Shown: piece after piece, positions 48,781 through 57,383 of the stretch
Layout of the letters: every line of letters begins with the position of its first letter
How positions within the stretch are numbered: the first letter of the stretch is position 1
Origin: an uncultured Gammaproteobacteria bacterium
GTDB lineage: Bacteria; Patescibacteriota; Microgenomatia; Levybacterales; UBA12049
DNA: 64,000 nt
NCBI GenBank assembly: GCA_964571255.1
Contig: CAZNAA010000001.1
Location: 620,666-684,665 of the forward strand
Reading direction: 5' to 3'
Translations under genes and position numbers: made by a program
Notes under the pieces: model-generated
What the model saw: the letters and a program-made list of their open reading frames with translations, nothing else
Told to the model about the DNA's origin: nothing
Database searches by the model: none

Positions 48781-48805
48781 TGACACCCTAACAGGATTCG
48801 AACTC
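48781..48805 (-). other. degenerate tRNA 3'-end remnant (Glu-like)
   Basis: Minus strand GAGTTCGAATCCTGTTAGGGTGTCA. Confidence 0.45.
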
Positions 48806-48850
48806 TTCTTCTTGAATAACATACTACTTTATGGAATACTTCAGTTACAT

Positions 48851-49945
48851 ATGGAAGATACTCAACAACCAATACCCATACAGCCAGTAATACAAACTCC
48901 CCCGGATTCACGGAAACCAAATACGCTAGTGATGGGTTTAGGAGCAATTGTTCTTATTGGTTTAGGATTGCTCGGGGGATATTTTCTTTTTGCAAACAAA
49001 AATCTGACTAACTCTCAAATTCCTTTACAAAGGATAGCCGCTTCACCAACTATAACTCAACAACCAAGTCAGACAGAGAATCAAACAGCAAATTGGCAGA
49101 CATATAGAAATAATAAATACTTCTATAGCATAAAGTATCCAAATCAGTTAAAAACTGAGGATAGAATGGCTGGTCAAACTAGTTATGATCCAAATACACT
49201 TCAAATATTTAGTAGTGACACAAACATAGTATTTACAGTACAAGTACTGACTTCTGCCAATACTTCAGACTTGAAAACATATGTAGAAACTATTAAAAAT
49301 CAAAATAGTACTAATGCAAACGTAAAGATTGGAACAATTACGCAAACGACTATTGATAACCAAAATGCGTTTGAAATTCAAGTTACGGGAAACGGCAGAG
49401 ATGGCGGCTGGCAAGGAACAGATTCACAGCCTCATACTTATATGTATGTCCAAAATAAAAACCTAAAATACCAATTAGATTATGCAAATAATGACACTTT
49501 CGCTCCAATTATATTAGCAAGTTTCAAATTTCTGAATAATACTTCTCCAACAACCTCGTCTCAAATAAATGGAGCAAGCTTAGTAAACATTAAATATACT
49601 TTGCCAGCTGGATGGAAAGCTACCTTAAATGCGGATTCTCTTTTACTCGCGCCGAGTACAGGATATTTATCTATAAAAGTAGATGACTATAATGGAACGA
49701 CTGGCAGACGAGAATATTACTGCCAAGTAAGTAAGATATGTGTTGAAGGAACTACAAAGTTTACTGAAATGACTATTGGAAATATTTCAGGGTATATGGC
49801 ATCAGGATTAGATAACAGCGGTGGTGGTTCAGAATACTTTGGAGCAAAAGGAAATAAATTCTATGTTATCAGTAGTTATAATCCACCTTTACCAAATAAT
49901 TTTGAGAATTCTTATAAGCAAGTATTAAACTCTTTAGTATTCTAA
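48851..49945 (+). CDS. AT-rich single-TM surface protein with PsbP-like domains
   Basis: N-terminal TM, WQTY.N.KY.YSIKYP and I..SFKF motifs, N/T/S-rich, with a second related domain. Confidence 0.7.
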   Translation: MEDTQQPIPIQPVIQTPPDSRKPNTLVMGLGAIVLIGLGLLGGYFLFANKNLTNSQIPLQRIAASPTITQQPSQTENQTANWQTYRNNKYFYSIKYPNQLKTEDRMAGQTSYDPNTLQIFSSDTNIVFTVQVLTSANTSDLKTYVETIKNQNSTNANVKIGTITQTTIDNQNAFEIQVTGNGRDGGWQGTDSQPHTYMYVQNKNLKYQLDYANNDTFAPIILASFKFLNNTSPTTSSQINGASLVNIKYTLPAGWKATLNADSLLLAPSTGYLSIKVDDYNGTTGRREYYCQVSKICVEGTTKFTEMTIGNISGYMASGLDNSGGGSEYFGAKGNKFYVISSYNPPLPNNFENSYKQVLNSLVF

Positions 49946-50007
49946 AATTTACTCTTCATTTTGTTCATCATATACTAGTATCAATTGTTCCCAAAAAGTC
50001 AGAGATC

Positions 50008-50036
50008 GTTCGAACAGACTCCCCGTCGGGTCACTA
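50008..50036 (+). other. tRNA 3'-end remnant (Glu-like)
   Basis: GTTCGAACA-GACTCCCCGTCGGGTCACTA. GC-rich within an AT-rich spacer and matches a tRNA T-arm/acceptor end. Confidence 0.5.
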
Positions 50037-50046
50037 ATCTACGATT

Positions 50047-50790
50047 TTACTCCTCAAGTAACCGTTTTAAATACGAGGAGGGATTATTGAGAAAAGTCTT
50101 TGTTAGTTGGTATACTTCTGTTTCTTCATACGCAACTTCTTCAATTACTTCTCCGTTAAATGCAAGTATTTGAGCCTCAGGATATGCAAGAAGAATAGGT
50201 GAGTGAGTTGCAATAATAAACTGACTATTCGGATTATCTTTAATCATATTATGAATTAATACCATTAAAGAAAGTTGCCGCTGAGGAGATAATGCAGCTT
50301 CTGGTTCATCCATTAAATAAAATCCTCCTCTTGAAAATCTTTCTGTAAATAGGATTAAGAAAGACTGACCATGTGATTTCTTATGTAATGATTCTCCTCC
50401 ATAGGCGTTATACATTCTTTTATCCTCTTTTCCTATTTCATCAACGTATGTGGCTAAATTAAAAAATGTTTCTGCACGAAAAAAGTATCCACCTAAAAGT
50501 TTATTTGACCAACTTAACCTTAGATACTCTGATAATGAGTTCGTATCTTCGTCAGATGTATTTGTTGCAATACTTCTACTCCCTCCTTCTTTTCCAAATC
50601 CATAGTTTCCAGCAATCGCTTCAAGAAAAGTTGATTTGCCAGATCCATTTTCACCGATAAAGAAAGTAACTTTTTGAGTTATATCTAGAGCAGTAAAGTT
50701 TTTTACAATATCAATATTAAAGGGATATTTATTCCAATCAGGAACTTGATCTTTTAAGAAAGTAATTTGACGAAGATATGGTTCATTCAT
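50047..50790 (-). CDS. stand-alone ABC/AAA_21-type ATPase (COG3910-like)
   Basis: GENGSGKST, FFRAE.F, SHGQSF, YLMDEPEAALSPQRQ, IIATHSPIL. Confidence 0.88.
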   Translation of the reverse strand: MNEPYLRQITFLKDQVPDWNKYPFNIDIVKNFTALDITQKVTFFIGENGSGKSTFLEAIAGNYGFGKEGGSRSIATNTSDEDTNSLSEYLRLSWSNKLLGGYFFRAETFFNLATYVDEIGKEDKRMYNAYGGESLHKKSHGQSFLILFTERFSRGGFYLMDEPEAALSPQRQLSLMVLIHNMIKDNPNSQFIIATHSPILLAYPEAQILAFNGEVIEEVAYEETEVYQLTKTFLNNPSSYLKRLLEE

Positions 50791-50793
50791 TCT

Positions 50794-51642
50794 TTATCCT
50801 TCTTTCACAAACTCTGCACTAACCCATCCTTCTTTTCCATCTTTCAACTTTATCCTGTACCATCCATCAATAGTTTGAAGAGGAACATACGTTTCTCCAG
50901 GAAGCACTCTTCCTACCTCATTTGCAGTTGATGAGTTAGAATCTCGAACTCTTAGAAATCCAGTTGGAGTTTGAAGAATAGTAATTTGAGAGGCTGGAGT
51001 TGCTGTAGGAGTTGGAGTCAATGAAACTTGTGGAGCAGGAGTGGGAGTAGGAAGAGGATCTTGTCCAATGCCAAGTGTTCCAATCACTGTTACTTTGTAC
51101 CCTGCATAAGTTCTAATGGGAACTGTTTTTTCTCTATAACCTGACTTTTTTAACTTTACTTTATGATCTGATGCACTGAGGTTTTTCATAAGAAGGGGAG
51201 TAACCCCAATAAGATTGGAGTCCATATATACTTCGGCTTTATCTGGAAAAGAAACGACTAATACTTGTACTTCGTTTTTCTCAGGAACTGCAGAGACAGA
51301 AATGACACTCCCACTTCCTTTTCCTTCGGGTCCAAAGACTCTATCAACTGCCGTAAGAGTATTATTGGTTAAAGTAATTTTTTCTTTGTATTCAGGAAAA
51401 GCAGTATCCAGTGGAACTAACTTAATCGTGTAATCACCTGAGGGGAAAACATTTTGTCCATCTGTTCGAGGATAGGGAGTTTGTCCTAGATACTTATCAT
51501 TTAAATAGATTTTACTTTCTGGATTTGATGTTACTTGAATGGCTCCCTTCCCATTTATGCGTCTAACAATAAAAAGAGAGATAAAAATAAGAAAGAGGAA
51601 AAAGAGAGTAAAGACAACTAATAGAAATATGATTTTTTTCAT
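50794..51642 (-). CDS. PEGA-domain and SH3b-domain membrane-anchored protein
   Basis: Two V.S.P..A.VY.D....G.TP units, a PTPT linker, LRVR...S...GWY.I......GWVS. Confidence 0.85.
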   Translation of the reverse strand: MKKIIFLLVVFTLFFLFLIFISLFIVRRINGKGAIQVTSNPESKIYLNDKYLGQTPYPRTDGQNVFPSGDYTIKLVPLDTAFPEYKEKITLTNNTLTAVDRVFGPEGKGSGSVISVSAVPEKNEVQVLVVSFPDKAEVYMDSNLIGVTPLLMKNLSASDHKVKLKKSGYREKTVPIRTYAGYKVTVIGTLGIGQDPLPTPTPAPQVSLTPTPTATPASQITILQTPTGFLRVRDSNSSTANEVGRVLPGETYVPLQTIDGWYRIKLKDGKEGWVSAEFVKEG

Positions 51643-51668
51643 GTGGTAAAGCTCTTAGGGAGAGAATA

Positions 51669-53813
51669 CTAAACTACAGAGATTACTTCAACTGTTCCAC
51701 CACAAACGCGTGTAATAAGCTCTGTTACTTCAGTAAGAACGGATTGCACTCTCTCTTCTGTAATTCCTTCTCCTCCATCGACATTAATATACAGATTTTT
51801 CGTTTCCTCAGTTACTGCAGTTCGGACACTATCTCTATAGTTTAGATCTAAATTAAATGGTCCTACTTGATCGGTGTATATCATCTCTCCTTTTTTAATA
51901 GAAGTTTCCTCCGCTTCTCCAAGCAAATGAATTTTCTCTTCTCCTTTTGCAAGAGTTAGTTTCGTTGGGAATTCTAATTTTTCCATATCAAATACACCAA
52001 TTGATACTTTGTGTTTCAAAACCACAACGTTTGCTGCATCTACTGCTGTGTTGACGTTGTATACCTCTTTTCCACTGGCAAGACGTCTCAGGAGTGCTTC
52101 AGGACTAGGACGGCGTGAGTGATAGTCTACTCCCATGGTTTTATACATTGCTCTATAAGACTGAACTTCTGGAATTTCATTAATTTGTTCATTCGTTAAT
52201 CCAGCAAGGGATGTGACTACTTCTCCTTTTTCTTTTTCTAACTCTTCTGAAAGTTTTGTAACAGAGACTCCTTTAATAACCGCTACTCCCACCTTTATTG
52301 CTGGGAATTTTTGTAATACTGTTGAATCAATAGTGAGTTGCTCATTTGACACACTTTGTATAGAGGGAGCACTGTCTGATTTTAAGGTTGGGAACATCAC
52401 TACTTCTTTAATTCCCCATTTATTGGTGAAAAACATTGTGAGTCTATCAATTCCTACCCCAATTCCTCCAGTTGGTGGCATGCCATGCTCCATGGCAAGA
52501 AGGAAGTCTTCATCAAGTTGTTGTGCTTCTTCTTTGTCTTTTCGAGCAGCAACAACGTCTTTGGTAAATCTTTCTCTTTGAATAACAGGATCTGTCAACT
52601 CAGACCATCCATCAAAAATTTCTTTGCCTCCAACGTATCCTTCAAATCTCTCTACCCATCCCGGTTTACTCCTGTGAGGTTTTGAGAGAGGACTCACGTC
52701 TTCTGGATAATCAATAATCCAAGTTGGTTCACTCAGTTGTTTTGGAATTAAATGATCAAAGATCATAAAGATAAGTTGTCCTCTCGTTTCTCCTCCTAAA
52801 AGTTCCATATGAGGACAATGAAGTTTGGCAAATTCAAGAAGAGATGCTTCTGTCTCATCATCAACATCTAGTCCCAATTTTTCTTTAAGAATCTCAGTCA
52901 TAGAGATTCTTTTCCACTCTCCTCCAATATCAATAGTTTTATCTTCAATTTGGAGTGTGGTGTTTCCATTGAGTTTTTGGGCGATATGTTTGCAAAGTCC
53001 TTCTGCTACATCCATCACCCTGTTATAGTCTGCATACGCCTCATACCACTCAATCATGGTAAATTCTGGAAAGTGAGTTTGATCAATGCCTTCATTTCGA
53101 AAATCTTTACAGATCTCATATACTCTCTCATATCCACCAACCATCAAACGTTTCAGATATAACTCATCAGCAATTCGCAAATAGACGTCTTTATTTAACG
53201 CATTTAAATGAGTTTTAAAAGGTTTTGCATTAGCTCCACCATAAAGTGGTTGCAAAGTAGGGGTTTCGACTTCCCAGAATCCTAAATTGTCTAAATATTC
53301 ACGTACTGCGCGAACAAGTTTGGTTCGAGTATTAAATCTCTCCCGAACTTCTGGGTTAAGAAGTAAATCTAAATATCTTTGGCGATATCTCGTCTCAACG
53401 TCTTTTACCCCGTACCACTCACTAGGAAGCGGACGAAGGACTTTGGTTAAGAGAGTATAACTGGTTGGAGCAATAGAAACTTCCCCTGCAGTTGTCATAA
53501 CAATTTCTCCCTCAACGCCAACAAAATCTCCCAGATCCAAAAGTTTTAAATGATCATAGAGCTCTCCAAGGAGTTCTTTTTTAAGAAAAAGTTGGATTTT
53601 CCCTGTTTCATCTTTCAAATCAGCAAAAGAGATATTTCCATGAGAGCGAAAAGACGTGAGTCTTCCTGCAGTTTTCACTGTTTTTCCTTCCATCTCACGA
53701 GCTTGCCCAATCGTTTGTTCTTTAGGATAGGACGCAGGGTATGGATTCCAGCCTAAAGCTCTAATTCGCTCTAGTTTTTCAATCATTTGTTGACGCAGGT
53801 TTGAGTCTTCCAT
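51669..53813 (-). CDS. lysS: class II lysine--tRNA ligase fused to a C-terminal B3/4 domain
   Basis: RYRQRYLDL, YGGANAKPF, YLRIADELYLKRL, FRNEG, GMPPTGG.GVGIDRL, FPTLK. Then ~220 aa with YR.MY...G......RPSPEALLRR, N..VD..N and NYRDS..T.VTE.TKN. Confidence 0.95.
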   Translation of the reverse strand: MEDSNLRQQMIEKLERIRALGWNPYPASYPKEQTIGQAREMEGKTVKTAGRLTSFRSHGNISFADLKDETGKIQLFLKKELLGELYDHLKLLDLGDFVGVEGEIVMTTAGEVSIAPTSYTLLTKVLRPLPSEWYGVKDVETRYRQRYLDLLLNPEVRERFNTRTKLVRAVREYLDNLGFWEVETPTLQPLYGGANAKPFKTHLNALNKDVYLRIADELYLKRLMVGGYERVYEICKDFRNEGIDQTHFPEFTMIEWYEAYADYNRVMDVAEGLCKHIAQKLNGNTTLQIEDKTIDIGGEWKRISMTEILKEKLGLDVDDETEASLLEFAKLHCPHMELLGGETRGQLIFMIFDHLIPKQLSEPTWIIDYPEDVSPLSKPHRSKPGWVERFEGYVGGKEIFDGWSELTDPVIQRERFTKDVVAARKDKEEAQQLDEDFLLAMEHGMPPTGGIGVGIDRLTMFFTNKWGIKEVVMFPTLKSDSAPSIQSVSNEQLTIDSTVLQKFPAIKVGVAVIKGVSVTKLSEELEKEKGEVVTSLAGLTNEQINEIPEVQSYRAMYKTMGVDYHSRRPSPEALLRRLASGKEVYNVNTAVDAANVVVLKHKVSIGVFDMEKLEFPTKLTLAKGEEKIHLLGEAEETSIKKGEMIYTDQVGPFNLDLNYRDSVRTAVTEETKNLYINVDGGEGITEERVQSVLTEVTELITRVCGGTVEVISVV

Positions 53814-53833
53814 ATTGGTATTATAGCAAAGCT

Positions 53834-54919
53834 TTACTCTGTCATTTTGATCAGTTTTGCTACTAATTCTTTCAGGGTTTCCATATCTTCAATTGAGACA
53901 TACTCATCAGTCGTATGAGTAAGAAAAGTCCCGTCCCCCAGATTAATCACTTGAATTCCGTGCTCAACAAAGATATTGGCATCAGCACATCCCCAATCAG
54001 GCTTCAAAACTGGTGTAATCCCCATTTCTTCCATTACCGATTGAATATAGGAGATTTCTGGATCAGTTTTTTCATAAAAATATCCTCCGTTCTCCCTCAC
54101 TATCTCTATTTCAACAGTTGCAGAGTGAGATTTGGTTACTTCCTCTACTACAGATCTAATCTCCTCACTTAATCGATCTATTTCTTCCTCATAAAAACTC
54201 CTTACCTCTCCTTGAAACAGTAGTTCTCCTGGAATCGTATTGCGAACACTTCCTCCTTTAATTACCCCTATATTTACCGCTGCACTTTCTGAGACTTTTC
54301 CCACTTTTATTTTTCCAAGGATTTCATGAAACATAGTGAGTGCATTAATTCCAATTTCTGGTTTTGATGCATGAGCTGATTTCCCAATCAGTTTTATATT
54401 AAACCGGTCATAAAAAGGAGCTGCCGTAATGATAGTTCCAAGAGGATTTGGATTATCAAAGGTATACCCTTTTTTAGCAGTAACGAGTGAACAATCGAGA
54501 TTCACTGCACCATAATTTCCCACCTCTTCTGAAAGAGTAAAGACAATATCAAGACTGGGTCTATTTTCTTCAACAAGTGTTGAAAGTTCTGAAAGAAGAG
54601 TGAGAAGAATTGCCACTCCCACTTTATTATCTGCACCAAGAATAGTATCTCCACTACTTCGAATAAATCCATCAGTAATAACAGGTTTCACTCCTCTTCC
54701 TGGCTCAACCGTATCAACGTGTGCAGATAAAAGAATTCTTTCTCCTTTTCCGCTAACTGAAATAATGACATTCCCAAAAGAATCAAGAGTCGGAGTAAAA
54801 GGAAGGTGTCCTATATAGTTAAGAATAAAAGAAACAATTCTGTCTTCCTCTCCACTAGGACTATCTATTTTTACTAAATCTAAAAATGTATTGATAAGTA
54901 AGCTATTCATAATATCCAA
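53834..54919 (-). CDS. M20B peptidase (peptidase T-like)
   Basis: IDSPSGEE, LSAHVDTVEPG, GDTILGADNK.G, EEVG, AHA..PE.GINA, DAN, HT..E. Confidence 0.9.
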   Translation of the reverse strand: MDIMNSLLINTFLDLVKIDSPSGEEDRIVSFILNYIGHLPFTPTLDSFGNVIISVSGKGERILLSAHVDTVEPGRGVKPVITDGFIRSSGDTILGADNKVGVAILLTLLSELSTLVEENRPSLDIVFTLSEEVGNYGAVNLDCSLVTAKKGYTFDNPNPLGTIITAAPFYDRFNIKLIGKSAHASKPEIGINALTMFHEILGKIKVGKVSESAAVNIGVIKGGSVRNTIPGELLFQGEVRSFYEEEIDRLSEEIRSVVEEVTKSHSATVEIEIVRENGGYFYEKTDPEISYIQSVMEEMGITPVLKPDWGCADANIFVEHGIQVINLGDGTFLTHTTDEYVSIEDMETLKELVAKLIKMTE

Positions 54920-55691
54920 CCTCCATTAATCTTCTCACCATATTCTCTCGTGATCCAAAGAATTCTCGATACCCATCACTAAATCGTTGCGCTGTATCTG
55001 TACTGGAAATAAACATGGTACAGGGAATATGTGTATCATACATTTGCATTTCTTGCCTATGTGGAATTTTACTTCTCACAATAATATCAGGAACCTGTGC
55101 CCTATCAACTCTTTGTACACATGCTTCTCCATATTGAAATCCGGTTCCAAAAGGAGACTCCGTTGGTTTACACACACACGTTAATGGAGCAATGAATGGA
55201 TAATCCAAATGATGGGTTGGTTTGAAAGAAACTCCTCTCATCCCAGCAATATGTCCAAGCGCTCTTAGTTCTCTAATCTCTTTTGTTGTCCCAATAACAA
55301 GTTGTGAGCCATTACTAAGAGCAGTACTTGACGCTTCAAGCGTTGCTTGTTGAACAAGTGTCCCTAGTCCTTGATTTCTATTTGATGCATGAACAAAAAC
55401 AGATCCCATTTCACAAATACCTCGTAATTCTTCAGGAAGACCAAGTTCTTCTGCAAGTTCTGTTGAGATAAGAGGAATGAGACGAGAGATAGCTACAGGA
55501 ACATCTTGCCCTTCTTCTCCTGCCATAATAACAGCAGCAAGCCCTTGAAGTAATGATACTTCAAGTTTTCTTGGATCAACTTGAAGTAATGCTCCATCTC
55601 GATTCATCTCGTGTGCCAAACAATCCAGAGGAGGAAGACCTCTTTCAGGAAGTGTATGAGCTGTTATAACTGATATTCGTGATTTTTCCAT
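54903..55691 (-). CDS. GNAT-fold putative acetyltransferase with a Cys-containing C-terminal region
   Basis: EMGSVFVHASNRNQGLGTLVQQA matches GNAT motif A (acetyl-CoA binding). The C-terminal part has TCVC...C...PC. Confidence 0.6.
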   Translation of the reverse strand: MEKSRISVITAHTLPERGLPPLDCLAHEMNRDGALLQVDPRKLEVSLLQGLAAVIMAGEEGQDVPVAISRLIPLISTELAEELGLPEELRGICEMGSVFVHASNRNQGLGTLVQQATLEASSTALSNGSQLVIGTTKEIRELRALGHIAGMRGVSFKPTHHLDYPFIAPLTCVCKPTESPFGTGFQYGEACVQRVDRAQVPDIIVRSKIPHRQEMQMYDTHIPCTMFISSTDTAQRFSDGYREFFGSRENMVRRLMEVGYYE

Positions 55692-55704
55692 AGTTTTTTC
55701 CACT

Positions 55705-55778
55705 AAAAAACCCCTCAGTGAGGGGCTACTATTTTTTGGTGTGTACCACCAGAAAACCCCTCGTTAGGAGAGGTTCTT
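55705..55778 (-). terminator. attenuator with mutually exclusive protector, antiterminator and terminator
   Basis: Seg1 AGAACCTCTC (55777-55768), seg2 GAGGGGTTTT (55762-55753), seg3 AGCCCCTC (55727-55720), seg4 GAGGGG (55716-55711) followed by T6. Confidence 0.8.
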
Positions 55779-55811
55779 CTTACTTGCAACTGTTACGTTT
55801 TGAAATGTCAT
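55764..55811 (-). CDS. leader peptide MTFQNVTVASKKNLS with tandem Lys codons
   Basis: ATG lies 7 nt after TTGACA-16-TATGAT (with an extended TG). AAG AAG at codons 11-12, and TAA falls in the loop of hairpin 1:2. Confidence 0.75.
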   Translation of the reverse strand: MTFQNVTVASKKNLS

Positions 55812-55819
55812 AAAAATAA

Positions 55820-56926
55820 TCATACCATGATTTCTTCTTTTGTCAAGGATACTCCCAACAGATACCAGAAGGCCGTTAGTGTCACAACACTTACTGGATT
55901 AAAGCACATACACGTTATTATTCCTAAAAGCATGAGAAAATATGCAGTCTGTTTTTTTTCTATAAACTGTTTTATGGCTTGATACAACAGAGCAAGAATA
56001 GATATGACACCAATTACTCCTCCTTGCACAAACCAATCAAGCAAAAAGTGATGACTACTATCAAGATTAATATATTTCATCTCGATAACACTTCTGGCAT
56101 TTGTCTCAATCACTTGTTGAATATTTCCAATCCCTTGTCCAATCAGTGGAGAGTCTATTCCAGAAGTGAGTGCTACTTTCCAAATTTCTGCTCTATTTTC
56201 ATAGATGCTTTTTGTTTCAAAAAAAGGAAATGTGTGACTTACTACTAATAGACAAAGGGTAATAATAATTGCTTTTGAAATACTTAATTTACTCATGCAA
56301 AGAAGAAATATTCCTTGAAGTACAAAAGCTAATAACCCAGATCTGGATCCAGTAAGAAGAATGATTATCAATGAGAGGAGTACTACTCCGACTTTTTTCC
56401 AAAGATTTTTTTCTTTGATAGAGATAATCCAAGGCCATAAAAAAATAACAAAAGCAGAAAGAGCATTTGGTTCACCGAGTGTTCCAATACTCCTTTCATC
56501 TATTCTTCCAGAAATAAAAAGACTAGCAATGAATTGAACTAGTAAAAGAATCAGTAATACATTTGATGAAAAACTGGGGAGTTTATTTTTCTGAGCTAGA
56601 AAAAACAAGCCAAGAAATAAAACTAATAAAAATACTCCTTGCAGTCGAAATGCAGTTCCTAACAGAACACTTGGACTTGGAAAGAAAAGAAAACTACAAA
56701 GAATAATAAAGAGTATTCCCCCAAGAGCAAGTCTTGTAAGTTTTGTTTGAGAGGAAAATAAATCCCTTACTTTTTCTTTTGGTAATGAAAGACTAAAAAG
56801 AGCAATACTTACTAAAAGAAGTATTTCACTAACTAATACTTTTGGTATTTCAAATGGAGTAATGCCAAGTGGAAAAATAACATAGGGAGTGAGAAAAAGA
56901 AGAGTGAAAAGAAGTAGTGAAATCAC
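55820..56926 (-). CDS. O-antigen ligase (Wzy_C) family membrane protein
   Basis: Many TMs. R.IGTLGEPN, LTGSRSG, R..IW, P..GQG.G, SH...LD.....G..G. Confidence 0.85.
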   Translation of the reverse strand: MISLLLFTLLFLTPYVIFPLGITPFEIPKVLVSEILLLVSIALFSLSLPKEKVRDLFSSQTKLTRLALGGILFIILCSFLFFPSPSVLLGTAFRLQGVFLLVLFLGLFFLAQKNKLPSFSSNVLLILLLVQFIASLFISGRIDERSIGTLGEPNALSAFVIFLWPWIISIKEKNLWKKVGVVLLSLIIILLTGSRSGLLAFVLQGIFLLCMSKLSISKAIIITLCLLVVSHTFPFFETKSIYENRAEIWKVALTSGIDSPLIGQGIGNIQQVIETNARSVIEMKYINLDSSHHFLLDWFVQGGVIGVISILALLYQAIKQFIEKKQTAYFLMLLGIITCMCFNPVSVVTLTAFWYLLGVSLTKEEIMV

Positions 56927-56934
56927 AAGATGGA

Positions 56935-57333
56935 TTATAGATTAAATAATAATCCTTGGAAATTTACAGTTCTTTCTTGTCCAGCAACAACTCGTACTAC
57001 TTGAAGTGGAGGATTAAAAAATGAACTACTACTACTCGTTGCTTCAACAAAGTAAAGACCAGGAACTACATTTGCCATATACTCTCCATTACTATCAGTC
57101 ATAACTGTTGTCTTTTGATTTTGGTTTAAAACATTTTTTAGAGTAATCGTTACGTTTGCTCCTGGAAGAATTGATGAGAGGGGACGTAAGACATTACGAA
57201 GAGTTACTTTTCCCTTCACTGAGAAAAATGTAACAGGAGCGGTAACAACTTCTGCTGCAGAGACTGGGATGGTTGAGAAAACAAGGAAGAGGGAAAAAAG
57301 AAAAAGAGTTCCTACTAAAATTCTTTTTATCAT
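56935..57333 (-). CDS. secreted carboxypeptidase-regulatory-like (prealbumin-fold) domain protein
   Basis: Signal peptide. GKV...PGANVT.....TDSNGEY...V.PG.Y.VEA. Own promoter TTGACA-18-TACACT, 6 nt before ATG. Confidence 0.7.
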   Translation of the reverse strand: MIKRILVGTLFLFSLFLVFSTIPVSAAEVVTAPVTFFSVKGKVTLRNVLRPLSSILPGANVTITLKNVLNQNQKTTVMTDSNGEYMANVVPGLYFVEATSSSSSFFNPPLQVVRVVAGQERTVNFQGLLFNL

Positions 57334-57383
57334 TTATTTAGTGTAAAAATTTTTGCACTTTTCTGTCAATAGATCAGATGGGG

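Noticed and set aside
48645-50045. Intact tRNA gene
   Set aside because: Only T-arm/acceptor 3' fragments are visible. No D-arm, anticodon arm or matching 5' acceptor strand was found.
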